Below are positions 38,753 through 52,726 of a stretch of 64,000 nt of DNA, in pieces (the stretch's first letter is position 1; each line of letters opens with the position of its first letter). This stretch comes from the human T2T-CHM13v2.0 reference genome, Homo sapiens. The translations under genes and the position numbers were made by a program. Under the pieces are notes generated by a model. It saw only the letters and a program-made list of their open reading frames with translations. It ran no database searches and was not told the origin of the DNA. The stretch lies in the NCBI RefSeq assembly GCF_009914755.1, contig NC_060927.1; one strand, 5' to 3'.

Positions 38753-40929
38753 ATTTGCCTATATAAGCCTCTGTAATCCTTAAAGCAGTCCTATAAGGTA
38801 GGTATTACTGGCTTTACAGGCAAAAATTTTGAGGTCAGGTAGGCCAAACATCTTGCTCAAGATCGCAGACCTAATAAATGATCAAATCAGGATTTGAACT
38901 CAAATCCGTCTCCCAAGTCCATATTCTTTCCATTAAATCATGTTAATTTTTACATTGTAATGCTCTAGATACTTCTTCTATTTCACTGTTTATGAAATTA
39001 AATGGCCTTAATCTTTTTATTTTTCTAGAAATAAATGTGTTCACAGGTGGCATCTAGAAATTCAATAAATATTCAGTCTCCAGGAATATGAGCCCTGCAA
39101 GGTTTGGTGTGGAGCCTGCTGAGAAGAGCCTATGACTTTCTAGTGGAATTTTTATGCTTTGGGTTAGATCATGGGAATGAATATCCATGGTTAGTTTGTG
39201 ATGCATCTAAGCTGTGGAATTTCAATGAGTATCCATCAGTTTGACAGTCAAAAGGATATATATGAGGGCCTTGGGGGTGGGCAGGGTGAAGCAATTTGGA
39301 AATATAAGCAGTAAATTTTCACACATCACTGATTGTGACAGTGAAATGATTATCCATCAATTACAAAGCAGTTAAGTAGATATGTTTCTGGGTTTTTACT
39401 GCACTGTTTATGTATCCAGTTCTCCTGGAAGAGTTGCTCCTGCATCATAGTCCATGCTGGACAGCCTGCATCAGTTTCAGTGCCTGTTGGAGACACAGAG
39501 AGACTATTGGATTTAGGAACAAATAAAAGGCAAAAAAGAAGAGATGATACTGAAAGACTGTTACTTTTCAAATAAATCATGTACCTGGGAAATTATAAGG
39601 AAACAATTTCCCCAAATAAAACCATGTCAGTCTAACAAAAGGTTATTTTTTTAGTGTTGCATAACATAAAAGAAAATGCCAATTTACTTATATAAAAAAG
39701 TTATTAAGTTGTTTATAAATTCAAAGTTGCAAAGTACATTTCTTTACATCCATGTAAGTTCTGGGTCCATTGGATCCCTGATAAAAAATATAAGAATTGG
39801 AAAATTCAAATAAGAATTTAGGGGAAGAATAAATGACAAAATAAATGTGAGACACTTAGAGTAGTATCTGGGATATAGTAAATAGTCAATAAATGTTTGC
39901 TATGATTATTATTCACATTATTATAAGAAATACAATTGCTGAATGAGATCTTGTTCTTCTGTCATGCTGACATTAATCAGTGTTCAGCTATTAGCAATTT
40001 CACACACATACACAAACATACACACACACACACACTCCACTGACTCTTCCTATGAGGCTGAAATTAAAATTCGTGATTTATCAGATACAATACCATCCTC
40101 AACGAACACAGCAGATACAAATGACAAGTAGAATATAGCAAAGACTACTCCTACACATATGGGCCTTCTTACAATACTTGTTTCAGAGGTATTTGCTTGA
40201 AGTTATCCTTTAGTTTAAATCTTTGCATTAGTCTGATATCAACAAAATATCATAGGATCCTTTCTGTTAACCAGCTCTGTCAGTGGAAAAAAAATATTTC
40301 ATATTAAATTGGAGACAGGAAGTACTAACAAACATTCATGTGATTTCTCAAATACACATTGGAATTTAGGAGGTGATTAATTAATCTTTAGTCCTAATGG
40401 GCTGGACCTGTAGTTCAAATATTTAATTCTAAGTTCTAAGAATGAACGATATCTCCCTGTTGAGCCAAAAAAGATAATTAGTAGAAAAGAAAGCAAGCAA
40501 TAACACATACCTACCAGTTTTAAAACATATAGCTCAATATCTTAGTCAAATATATTGCCAAAGATCATGTTTTATGGGGAAAAGAAAAACAAAACAATAT
40601 TACATACCCCTAAACTTGTAAAGCCACAAGAAAATATGTCATTAAAGAATCATCTTTATCATATGGAAATATTGCTTGATGATATCTGCTCATTCCAAAT
40701 TGACCTGACAGATCATCTGAAAGTGTACGAAGAGGTTGTTGGCGAGACTGTCTGACCAGTTGATTTTGCATGTCAACTCATGACACAAGGGAGAGGCGAT
40801 GAAGATAATCTATAGAGATTTTCTATAAGAGACAGTTATATATTTGGTTTGATATGCACATCATAGGCCTTCAAGCTTGCTCCCATATCAGTGCTGGAAA
40901 ATCCTGCCCTTTAAGAAACAAACTGGTGA

Positions 40930-41840
40930 TTTTTAAAAATTTAGATGCAGTATTACTATTATTATTTTGGTATACACATCTATGAGTTTTGACACATGCA
41001 TAGATTCAGGTAACCACCACCACAACAGGTATATAGAACAATTCCATACACTCTCCAAAATTTCCTCATGCTGCCTCTTATAGTCAAATCATCCCCTAAC
41101 CCCAATGCCTTCTATGAAAAGACATATAAATGAAATTATTCAGCATGTAACTTTTAGAGACTGGCTTGTTTCACTTAAAATAATGCTTTTGAGAGTCATT
41201 CACATTGTTGCATACACCAATTGTTTGTGCCTTTATATTGTCGTATTCCATCGTATGGTTGTACCATACAATTTCAATAGATTTGTTAATCTAGTCTCCA
41301 ATTTAAGGGTATTTTAGTTGTTTCCAGCATTTAACTACAGATATAGACATTCATGTACAGGTTTTTATGTAGACATAAGTTTTCTTTTTCTTCTTCTTCT
41401 TCTTCTTTTTTTTTTTAATTTTGAGACCGAGTATTGCTCTGTCACCCAGGCTGGAGTGTAGTGCTGCGATCTCAGCTCATGACAACTTCTGCCTCTGGGT
41501 TCAGGCAATTCTCCTGCCTCAGCCTTCTGAGTAGCTGGGATTACAGGTGTGTGCCACCACACCTGGCTAATTTTTATATTTTTAGTAGAGCCAGGGCTTC
41601 ACCATGTTGGCCAGGCTGGTCTCGAACTCCTGACCTTAAGTGATCTGCCTGCCCTGGCCTCCCAAATGTTTTCATTTCTAAATAACTAAGTTATTTACCC
41701 TTGGGGCACTCTGAAAACTGCCAAACCATTTTCCAGAGTGATTGGACCATGTACTTCTACCAGCAGCATATGAGAGATCCAACTCTGCCACATCCCTGCA
41801 CTTGGCATGACCAGTCTCTTTTAGTTTAGTCATTCTAATA
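40930..41840 (-). mobile_element. Old L1M 3' fragment hosting an Alu; the L1PA inserts at its end
   Basis: TATGAGTTTTGACACATGCATAG..GTAACCACCACCACAA..GACTGGCTTGTTTCACTTA..AAACTGCCAAACCATTTTCCAGAGTG. Confidence 0.8.
41381..41667 (-). mobile_element. Alu SINE (AluS), slightly 5'-truncated, with a (GAA)n-containing tail
   Basis: Antisense Alu ending GCCTCCCAAA; TSD-like GTTTTC(T/A)TTT. Confidence 0.95.
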
Positions 41841-41851
41841 GATGCCCTGTC

Positions 41852-44149
<2,298 letters not shown>

Positions 44150-44552
44150 GATGTCCTGTCTTCTAATCATGTTTCTGTCCTCTGTACCATTAGGGACCAC
44201 CAGTGGCAACTTTCCACCCAAATTGTTCCACCAAGAAATCTTTGAACATGTTCTCCAATTTATAATATTAGCCCTGTTTCAATCCAAAATAGTGTGTGGT
44301 GGCATGAGATACTCCTAAAGACTATCAAGCATTGTAAAATCATTATCTTCTTCGTCTGAAGACATCCAGAATATTTCTCATTGTTAGTAATTAAGCCCTG
44401 CTACTGTGTAAATGAGCTTTCATCTTTGTTTACCATGGGTCTGCCTGAAAAATGTCAAAGAACACTCAATAAAACTTTCCATGTCCTTCAATCTTAACTT
44501 CATTATGACTTGTGATGAAGTAAGAGCATGGTTCCTTCCTTTCTAGAAATCT

Positions 44553-45215
44553 TGCATTCAACAAATATTTGCTGAGTTCCCTTTGTGCCAGGAACTTTTC
44601 TAGATGCTGGGGATACGGCAGTGAACAAAGCAGACACAAATGCTTGCCTTTACAATCCTAAAAATTTGGGAGTGGATCAGGCAATAGAAAATACATAATT
44701 GAAATAGGTAATATTTCAAATGCAAAGTGTTATAAACAATAAAGCAGGGAAAGAGGTTACAACCTTAAATAGTGGGGACAAGGAAAGCTTCAGTGAGAAG
44801 GTGATGCTTGAGTAAAAGGTGATGTCAAACCCTGCAGAAACCTCTGTAATTGTGTTGCCGGCAGAGGAAACAAGTGTACAGGCTTTGATGTAGGACCGTC
44901 TACGTCATGAGTGAAGAGCGGTAAAGTGCCAGGGTGTCTGGTGGACAGAGTGAATAAGAACATGGTATAAGATGAGGTTATGACTATATTGTGTAGAACC
45001 TTATAAGCCACTTTAATGATTTTGGGTTTTGTTCTAGACGGGAAACCATTGGAAGGCCTTGAGAAGAGAAGTGATGTGATAGGACCTACTCTATCTTCTA
45101 TGCAGTGCATAGACTTGGGGCCAAGGGTAGATTCAGAAAGACTAGTTTAGAGACTGTTATAGTAATCCAAGCAAGAGATAATAGTGGCTTGAATCAGGCT
45201 GGTACCCAGTGGAAA
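44553..45215 (-). mobile_element. L2 3' fragment
   Basis: CATTCAACAAATATTTGCTGAGTTCCCTTTGTGCCAGG..GCAGTGAACAAAGCAGACA..GGGAAACCATTGGAAGG..AAGAGATAATAGTGGCTTG. Confidence 0.85.
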
Positions 45216-45479
45216 CATGAATCCAGCCAAGCTGAAGGAATACCTTTTATGTGAACATTCTGATAATATATTGGATGCTATGGTTTTTAAGACATTTTCC
45301 ACATGCTGGAATATTACCAATGTTTGGATCTCACCAAATACAAAAGGCTGTGCTTGAGGAATCTGTATCATCCATGCTGAAATTCTAAGTGAAAGAAGCT
45401 ATGTCACTAATATAATCTTGAATTCACATACACTGGAAAATGTGACATCTATAGCTTATAACTGAGGAAGAAACCTAAA

Positions 45480-46060
45480 ATGTGGTGCCTCAAGCAGATG
45501 ACACAATCCATCACCATTAATGAGGACATTTCTCCTAACATTTTGTAGCCAATAATGTAAATATTCATAGGTTCCATGGCCATTTACAGCAGACTGATGA
45601 AACAACCAAATGAAGCCATCTCCAGGTTTTCATCTGTTTTGTGCATGGCTATTCCATCAAAGAATTACTATATTATGAGCCCCTTTCAGAAACTACAAAG
45701 GCCTTTGACATGTTCAAATGATGAAAATTGTCTTTGCCAAGCATAACATCATTAGAATTAAAAAAAAAAAAAAAAACCTTGGTGTTCTTTACTCAAATGG
45801 CAGCACTGTGATGCTTGGTCACACATCTGATTTTTGCTATTTTGGTAAATAAAGAAACTCCTTGTTTTCACATCAGCAAGCACTGCTGTTAGTCCCTGTC
45901 AGCAGGCTTGAAAGAAATATTGTCCAAGGTCAGAAGCATCACCTTCTCTTCAGAACCACTTTTATAAGAAGTTTCATTAAGAAGTGGGAACAGAATGTGA
46001 AGTTTTTCTCCTTACATAGAAGATCTCTGATTTTCTACCAAACTTCTTGAAACATGAAAC
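45480..46060 (+). mobile_element. Degraded hAT-Charlie transposase fragment
   Basis: TCAAATGGCAGCACTGTGATGCTTGGTCACACATCTGATTTT translates as SNGSTVMLGHTSDF, like the hAT xDGAxxMxG motif; DET-like and HxxAL-like remnants occur in the expected order. Confidence 0.5.
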
Positions 46061-46456
46061 TGCATTTCAGGCAGCAGCTTCAGTTAAGAAAAAAGTTCCC
46101 TTGGGTAATAGTTTGATAGATGTGCCTTCATGCATTGACTTATTTAACAGATGTTTTAAGTCCATGGTATTCAAAATTAGGGTATACAACAATTTTTCAA
46201 GGAGTGTGAGGGCACGTTGGAATTTAATAGATAAAACTTCTTAAAATTTCAGCTTCCTGTTAAACTTTTCTCTAGAAGTAATCTGCCTGAGAGTGTATTT
46301 CAGATTATTTCTCCTTTTTCACTTATTCTTTCATTACTGCTTTTGTCCACTGAAAAGAAGATATAGCTCTCATCCACTCAAAATTTAATGTGTTGCATTT
46401 CCCAAGGTGCAAAACGTCTAAGATATAAAATACAATGATGATTTTGAGAAAGGTAG

Positions 46457-46517
46457 TAATTCTAATAACCAGGAATTATTAGAATTATTAGAATAATTCT
46501 AATAACCAGGAATTATT
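46457..46517 (+). repeat. 24-bp direct repeat with an inverted-templated spacer
   Basis: TAATTCTAATAACCAGGAATTATT (46457-46480, 46494-46517) flanking AGAATTATTAGAA. Confidence 0.92.
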
Positions 46518-47122
46518 TTACAAGTCAGTTTTCAATTATTAGTTTTTAATAAAGTTGAAGAGGACCTAATCAACTCTCAGTTGCTAGATCATTAAATATA
46601 CTGTTTGATGACAGACAATGACTTTAAGAGGATAACTAGGAAGGATTTTAGAGACTTGAGCAACATTACTACTGTTCAATCTCATCTACATATGTATATA
46701 AATAAGTTTTCTAGGGCTTATTAAAATTGGTAAATAAGAATAGAATAGATGGAAAACCCTCTCTCATTTTAAGAGGTAATACTCATTCAAAGATAGATGA
46801 ACTAACAGAAAAATGATGTGATTTTTCTCATTAAATGATGCAATTCCAATAAAAATAATTTTATCTCTAATAATTATCAAAATTCAATTTATATTGTTTC
46901 AAGAATCAATTTTATATACTACATATAATTATGATTATTAAAACTAGAGGAAATTTTAAATACTGAAAGTTTATAGCCATAAGAAATAAATTCTAAAAAT
47001 GCATTCACATTTTATGTAGAGAAATAAAATTGAGTAATCAATAAAAGACTTTTATGCATAAAAATTACAATAAATTCAGATAGAATTCTATAAAGTAAAA
47101 TGTCAAGTTTCTCATCTGTTCA

Positions 47123-48295
47123 CTCATATGTCCACCTTTATTCTAAATCTTTCAGCATTTTTATCAGTTATTTTCACCTCTCTCTTGGAAAACTCCAGCC
47201 TCCAGGCCATCCTGGAGTCTGTTTCTATTGACTGTTTCCTCTCTTGGCATGAGTCACATTTTTTTGCTTTTCTGTGTGCATTATAATTTGGGGGGGCGCA
47301 GAGAATGTTTTGTGTAAGAGATCAGTAGAAACTGAAGAAAATAAAATTTCTTCCAAAAAGTAAAACATTCCTTTTTCTAGAGTAGGAACCTAGGCAATTT
47401 GAACCATATTTGAATACTCAGGGCTTTTTTGCACTGGTGGTTTTACTTGGTTCACCACTGTTTTCAAATATTTTGAGGATATGATCAACTTCTCTTTCAA
47501 CAGAGCCTGGTATCAGAGCATTGGAAAGATTCCAGAGACTTTCCTGAGTTTTAGAGTTCAGCTGCCAAATTTTGGAACTGTGGGTGATATCTGCCTGCTT
47601 ACGGCCCAGCTGGCATGATTTTGAGTCCCTGGAGTGTTTTCTTTGCTATCTCACCCTCCCCTTGCTTTCTGCACTTGGGGAGACATCTTTAAGCCTAATG
47701 GTCCCTTTCCTAGCTTTTGAAGTGCTGCCGCCTTACTGCCCTATGCTCTCTGAAGACCTGGAATGTCCTGGAAGGGTTTCTCTTAGCAGTTGAAAGCTTA
47801 GAGTGCCTCTCTCAACTCCCCTGCTGTGTGCCCCGCCAACACTCCTCACCTTTTGAAGGGGATTTGACTTTGGGCAAATACCTTAAAGAAAAACTCTTTC
47901 TCAGCTTTTCTTGTCTGGTCCCCTTACTTTGGGCAAATTACCCCTCATACTGTGACCTACTTAAGACCTGTGAGTGAAAGTTGGCAGGTAGATGCATGGT
48001 CACAGGGTCATGGGATTCCTGAGGGTACCATCCATCAAGCCAGCTCACACAGGGCTGTTCAGTAGTTGTTAAGTGTTGGGCTAGCTTCTTTCTACCCCCA
48101 TCTGTGGGAGGAGCCATAGGTCTTTCCTCTTCCCTGAAGGGTTTGCCACTTTCTCGAGCTTCGTTTACCTAGACATCTTTATAACTGATCTGGCTTTTTG
48201 TAGCCTATTTTATTATCTATTTATTTATTTAAACTTTTTGCTTGTTAGGGTGGGAGTGATGATCTTTTGCTACTTTCTGTATCTAAACCAAAAGT
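47123..48295 (-). mobile_element. Probable old L1M 5'UTR/ORF1 fragment inserted into the Charlie element
   Basis: CTGTTTCTATTGACTGTTTCCTCTCTTGGCATGAGTCACATTTTTTTGC resembles antisense old-L1 ORF1; bounded by CTGTTCA repeats. Confidence 0.5.
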
Positions 48296-49300
48296 CCTGT
48301 TCAAATATGTATTAAAACTGATGATTGTGGTTATCAAATCATTTGGCATTTAGATTCCATTAGTTTCACCTAAAAATGACATTTTGATTTGATTTTAAAA
48401 TATTTATATAAACACTATGTCAAGAATTATATCCTTCAGAACTGTTTAAGCTTATGATGAAAAATTTTAGATGTCAACTTAAAAATATGTAAGGGAATAT
48501 ATATAGTTCTTCATTATTCTATTGGGAGTACATGAGTGAACTCAGGAATAATAGCAAAGGTAATCTTTTTATTCTTTCTTGATTAGGGCAGTGTGGGTGA
48601 CTGGCTTTGCTTTGCTTCACACTGTGGGTCTTCTGGGCTCAGTTCCAATCCCCTTTCTGCAGCCTGGAGTGGAACAGAGGGTTCAAGACCTTGTCAGCTT
48701 CTCACTAGACAGAAATTTCAGGCATTTTGACTAATCTAGAACTCTTTTAAAGAACAGATCTTAGAAGCTAACACGTTAATTTTGTAATTTTCATCTTAAA
48801 GATGTATAATTTTAAATATCCCTGATTTAGATAAAGCTAAGTTTCAATTTCTAACTCAAATATAATCCATTTTAGAATTCAGAATTGCTCCTGGAAAAAA
48901 GAAATTGTTACAGCAAATTTTGCTTTACTAAGTCAGCAGTGTGAAATATTCTGATCCAAAATAAACACTGTCTGACATATAGTGCAGGAAATATCTTTAC
49001 ATTTTTAGTATATCACCTATAATACAATATTTACTCAATTTTCTTTTTTTAAAACCAAAGTTTTCATTACATAACATTTAATGCAACCAGATTTTAAAGG
49101 TTATAGAACCGCTTTTTATTACTCAGACAAAGAAGAAAGGTAACAACTTTTAGAAAGATTGTTGACTTTGCCATTTGATAATGAACAGCAATTTAGCAGA
49201 ATTATTTGCAAGTAAATTTTGGCTATATTGTTTATTTTATTTTAGAATGCTTCACATGGTGCCAAATGACTAGACAGTCCACAGTAGAAAAAGTTATTAC

Positions 49301-49501
49301 TTCTTTTAGTCTTTATTAATTCAAGACATAATTATTTGGGATGAAAATAGAATAAAATTTTTCTTTTTTTAATACCCATTGTTTATAATGTAAATTAGTT
49401 ATGTAACCATAATTAATGGAGAACTAAAAACTAACTTAAATGAAATAGTTTTTAATCCTCAAAACACTTTGGAGGTAACCAGACAAACAATTACAATGCT
49501 C
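49301..49501 (+). repeat. Putative source of the inverted copy at 26575-26768
   Basis: Reverse-complement match to the 26.6-kb insert; flanks are not recognisable repeat and show no TSD. Confidence 0.9.
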
Positions 49502-49534
49502 AACTATAAATGTCTTGTTTTTTTTCAGTAAAGC

Positions 49535-49750
49535 AATTTATTCTGTGCCAACCGCTGTGCCAGGCCCTTTACAAGATCACTCTTATTTCACCCTCATAAT
49601 ACGCTATGAAATAAGCTTCCTTTTATCTACATTCTGGAGATGAGAAGGCTGAGTTTAGAGGGGTCAGGCAACTTGTCTAAGACATAACTAGTAAGTTGCA
49701 TAGCAAGGGTTTAAACTCAGACCTAATTTCAATATACTTAACCATACTCC
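49535..49750 (-). mobile_element. MIR SINE
   Basis: CATTCTGGAGATGAGAAGGCTGAGTTTAGAGGGGTCAGGCAACTTGTCTAAG. Confidence 0.7.
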
Positions 49751-49829
49751 TTCTCCAGTGTATTTTATGTATTGAGTAGTCACATTCTAAGACACCTAGT
49801 ATTAAATGTTGTTCTTGACATACATACAT

Positions 49830-50250
49830 TTTAATTAGTTATTTCTGCAAAGTCATAAAACACTCCAAACTCAATGCTTTCAACAATCAGCATCTATTTT
49901 TCTTGATCGTAGGAGTGTAGGAAAGCCAGGGAGACCCTGTTTCAAGTTGCTGGTCAGCTGGGCTTGGCTTCAGGCTTAGAACTGGGTTCACATCTGCTCT
50001 ATGTGTCACCATGTTCTTCTTGGGCCAGCATCTCCCTAAGGCATGTTCTTTTGATGGCAAATCACAAGAGGGCAAGCAGACAATCCAAACCATGCAGCCT
50101 TGCCTAATATTTCTTGTATCACAGTCCATTAACCAAAGGAAATCACAGGACCAAGTCCCAAGTCACTGGAGCAGGGAAGTATATGTCATCTGGAAGAGAA
50201 AGAAGGGAGAATGAAGAAAGTATTTCTAACACAAATTCAATCTATCACAT
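49830..50250 (-). mobile_element. Old MaLR LTR (MLT1-like)
   Basis: CACTCCAAACTCAATGCTT..GCTGGGCTTGGCTTCAGGCT..GCATGTTCTTTTGATGGCA..TCCATTAACCAAAGGAAATCACAGGACCAAG. Confidence 0.65.
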
Positions 50251-50554
50251 ATTACTTGGACAATGCTATAGATTGAATGTTTTCCTTTGTTATCAATATT
50301 GCACATGCTTAATCTGCACGTCAGTGTGTATATATATCTCAGATCTATACAGAATATAAACAGAGGCATATTATAAATTATCAAGTAGTGTTTCTGTTTT
50401 TATGGATAATATTTGAATGTCGATAGTAATTTTTAAATTAAAAAATGGGTTTCTATTATTTGGAGGAATAACTCTAATAAGGCTTAAAATTATTTTAAAA
50501 CAAGATAGGTTACTTAGTAACAAACATACACAAATATAAAAATTAAATTGTATT

Positions 50555-50843
50555 GGCTAGGCGCAGTGGCTCATGCCTGTAATCCAGGCACTTTGGGAGG
50601 CTGGGGCGGGCAGATCACCTGAGGTCAGGAGTTCGAGACCAGCCTGACCAACATGTCTCTACTAAAAGTACAAAATTAGCCAGGCATGATGGCGCATGCT
50701 TGTAATCCCAGCTACTCAGAAGGCTGAGGCAGGAGAATCGCTTGAACCCAGGGGGCGGAGGTTGCGGTGAGCCGAGATCGTGATATTGCACTCCAGCCAG
50801 GGCGACAATAGGGAAACTCCATCTCAAAAAAAAAAAAAAAAAA
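50555..50843 (+). mobile_element. Alu SINE (AluSp-like) with a small left-arm deletion
   Basis: GGCTAGGCGCAGTGGCTCA..CCTGACCAACATG..; TSD AAAATTAA(A/G)TTGTAT. Confidence 0.96.
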
Positions 50844-50859
50844 TTAAGTTGTATCTTGG

Positions 50860-51462
50860 TTTCTAATACCATTCCCCAGTAAAGGAGAAAAGTATGAAAA
50901 CAGTGGAGAAACCTGACAAACACTACCTCAACTAGTTCATCAAAGTTAATATAAACAGCAATGAGTCATATTGGGGGTATTTACTCTTAACATGATGAAC
51001 AAAGTGGCACTTCATGTCTGTTGATCTTTCTCCCCAAACACACAATCCCAGTCTAATCATGAGATAAACATCAGACACATCCCAGTTGAGAGACATTTGA
51101 CAAAATACCTGACTAGTACTTTTCAAAACTGTCAAGGTCCTCAATAGCAAGGAAAGTCTAATAAACTGTCACAGTCAAGAGGAGCCTAAATAAACATGGT
51201 AACTAAATGTAAACTGGTATCTTGGATAGAATTCTGGAATAGAAAAAGTTCATTAACTAAAAGCTAAGAAAGTCTGAATGAAGTATGTACTATAGCTAAT
51301 AGGAATGTGTCCTTACTGGTTTATAAATTGTGACAAACGTATCATACTAATATTAAGATGTTAACAGTAGGGAAATTGGGTATGGGAGTTATGGGAACTC
51401 TGTACTGTCTTCACAATTTTCTGTAAATATAGAACTATTCTAAAATAAAAGTTTTACTTAAG
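50860..51462 (+). mobile_element. L1MC-type 3' end
   Basis: CAGTGGAGAAACCTGACAAACACTACCT..CCCAGTCTAATCATGAGA..TATGGGAACTCTGTACT..AAATAAAAGTTT. Confidence 0.85.
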
Positions 51463-51471
51463 AAAAATGTT

Positions 51472-51750
51472 GGCTGGGCACGGTGGCACACGCCTGTAAT
51501 CCCAGCACTTTGGGAGGCTGAGGCGGATTCAAGACCAGCCTGGCCAAGATGGTGAAACCCCATCTCTACTAAAAATTCAAAAATTAGCTGGGCGTGGTGG
51601 TGGGTGCCTGTAATCCCAGCTACTGGGGAGGCTGAGGCAGAGAATTGCTTGAACTCGGGAGGGAGAGGTTGCAGTGAGCCAAGATCGTGACACTGCACTC
51701 CAGCCTGGGTGACAGAGCAAGACTCTGTCTCAAAAAAAAAAAAAAAAAGA
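51472..51750 (+). mobile_element. Alu SINE (AluS) with a ~20-bp left-arm deletion
   Basis: GAGGCGGATTCAAGACC junction; TSD AAGAAAAATG. Confidence 0.96.
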
Positions 51751-52052
51751 AAAATGCTAAATCGCAGTGACATAAAGAAATTAAAAGCCAAAGCCAAATA
51801 CTAGAAAAAAAAATTTTTAAGAAAGAAAATTGCATTGATACTAAATATTGTGGCACTTCGGGAAACCAATCAACGCTAAAAACGATATGACTATTGTTAT
51901 CTTAGTCTCACTGTGATCATTAATATTTGACCTTTAAACATTTAGAGCTGGGCATCCTGAAGGAATTGCCCTAGGACTCCCCAAGGCAGAGCCAGGAAGG
52001 TTCAAATGTTAGTCTTAATGGAAGAGAAGCTCAGTTTTTTTTTACAGCAGTG

Positions 52053-52086
<34 letters not shown>

Positions 52087-52105
52087 ACTCACTCATTCAC
52101 TCACA
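52053..52105 (+). repeat. (TC)n then (TCAC)n microsatellite
   Basis: Visible simple repeat. Confidence 0.9.
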
Positions 52106-52417
52106 CCCTCATGCTCATTTGTGAGGTACCACCGATCCTCACTGTGGTTTCTGTTCTCTCCTACTGCTTCTGAGTCCTTATATCTCACCCTCACCTATTT
52201 TATTCTCCCTGATGGCACTTCTGGCAAAAGAAATCTGTATGTATTACTTTGTGCTTCTCAGACAGGAGTGCAGACAGGAAAGGGCTAAGAGGAGGGCCTG
52301 GGCCTGAGGATGTGTCTTGGAACATCCCAGGGCCACTAAGAGAAAGCTGGCTAAGAACATTTGACAACTTCTCCAAAACCATTAATAGTATGGAATGAAT
52401 GAAAAACTCCATTAGTT

Positions 52418-52726
52418 GGCTGGGCGCTTTCACTCATGCCTGTAATCCCAGCACTTTGGGAGGCTGAAGGGGGCAGATCATTTGAGGTCAGGAGTTCGAG
52501 ACCAGCCTGGCCAACAGAAGGAAACCCTGTCTCTACTAAAAATACAAAAATTAGCTGGGCATGGTGGCATGCACCTGTAGTCCCAGCTACTTGGGAGGCT
52601 GAGGCAGGAAAATTGCGTGAACCTGGGAGAGGAGGTTGTGTCAAGATGGTGCCACTGCACTCCAGCCTGGGCAAGAGAATGAGACTCTGTCTCAGAAAAA
52701 AAAAAAGAAAAAAGAAAAAAAGAAAA
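52418..52726 (+). mobile_element. Alu SINE (AluSx/Sz-like), full length
   Basis: Full dimer; TSD AAAAC(T/C)CCATTAGTT. Confidence 0.96.

Larger units (their letters stand above)
46330..48545 (+). mobile_element. Charlie-type hAT 3' portion (46330-47120 plus 48297-48545) interrupted by a ~1.2-kb insertion
   Basis: TAGATCATTAAA..TTTGATGACAGA..AAGAATAGAATAGATG..TCTCATTAAATGATGCAATTCCAATAAAA; resumes with TTTAGATTCCATT..TTTAAGCTTATGATGAAAAATTTTAGATGTCAACTTAAAAAT; CTGTTCA at both insertion junctions. Confidence 0.65.

Noticed and set aside
39490-39576. Repeated KSNSLSVS peptide in the minus-strand ORF
   Set aside because: Nucleotide similarity between the two units is weak; at most an old short duplication, with no coding evidence.
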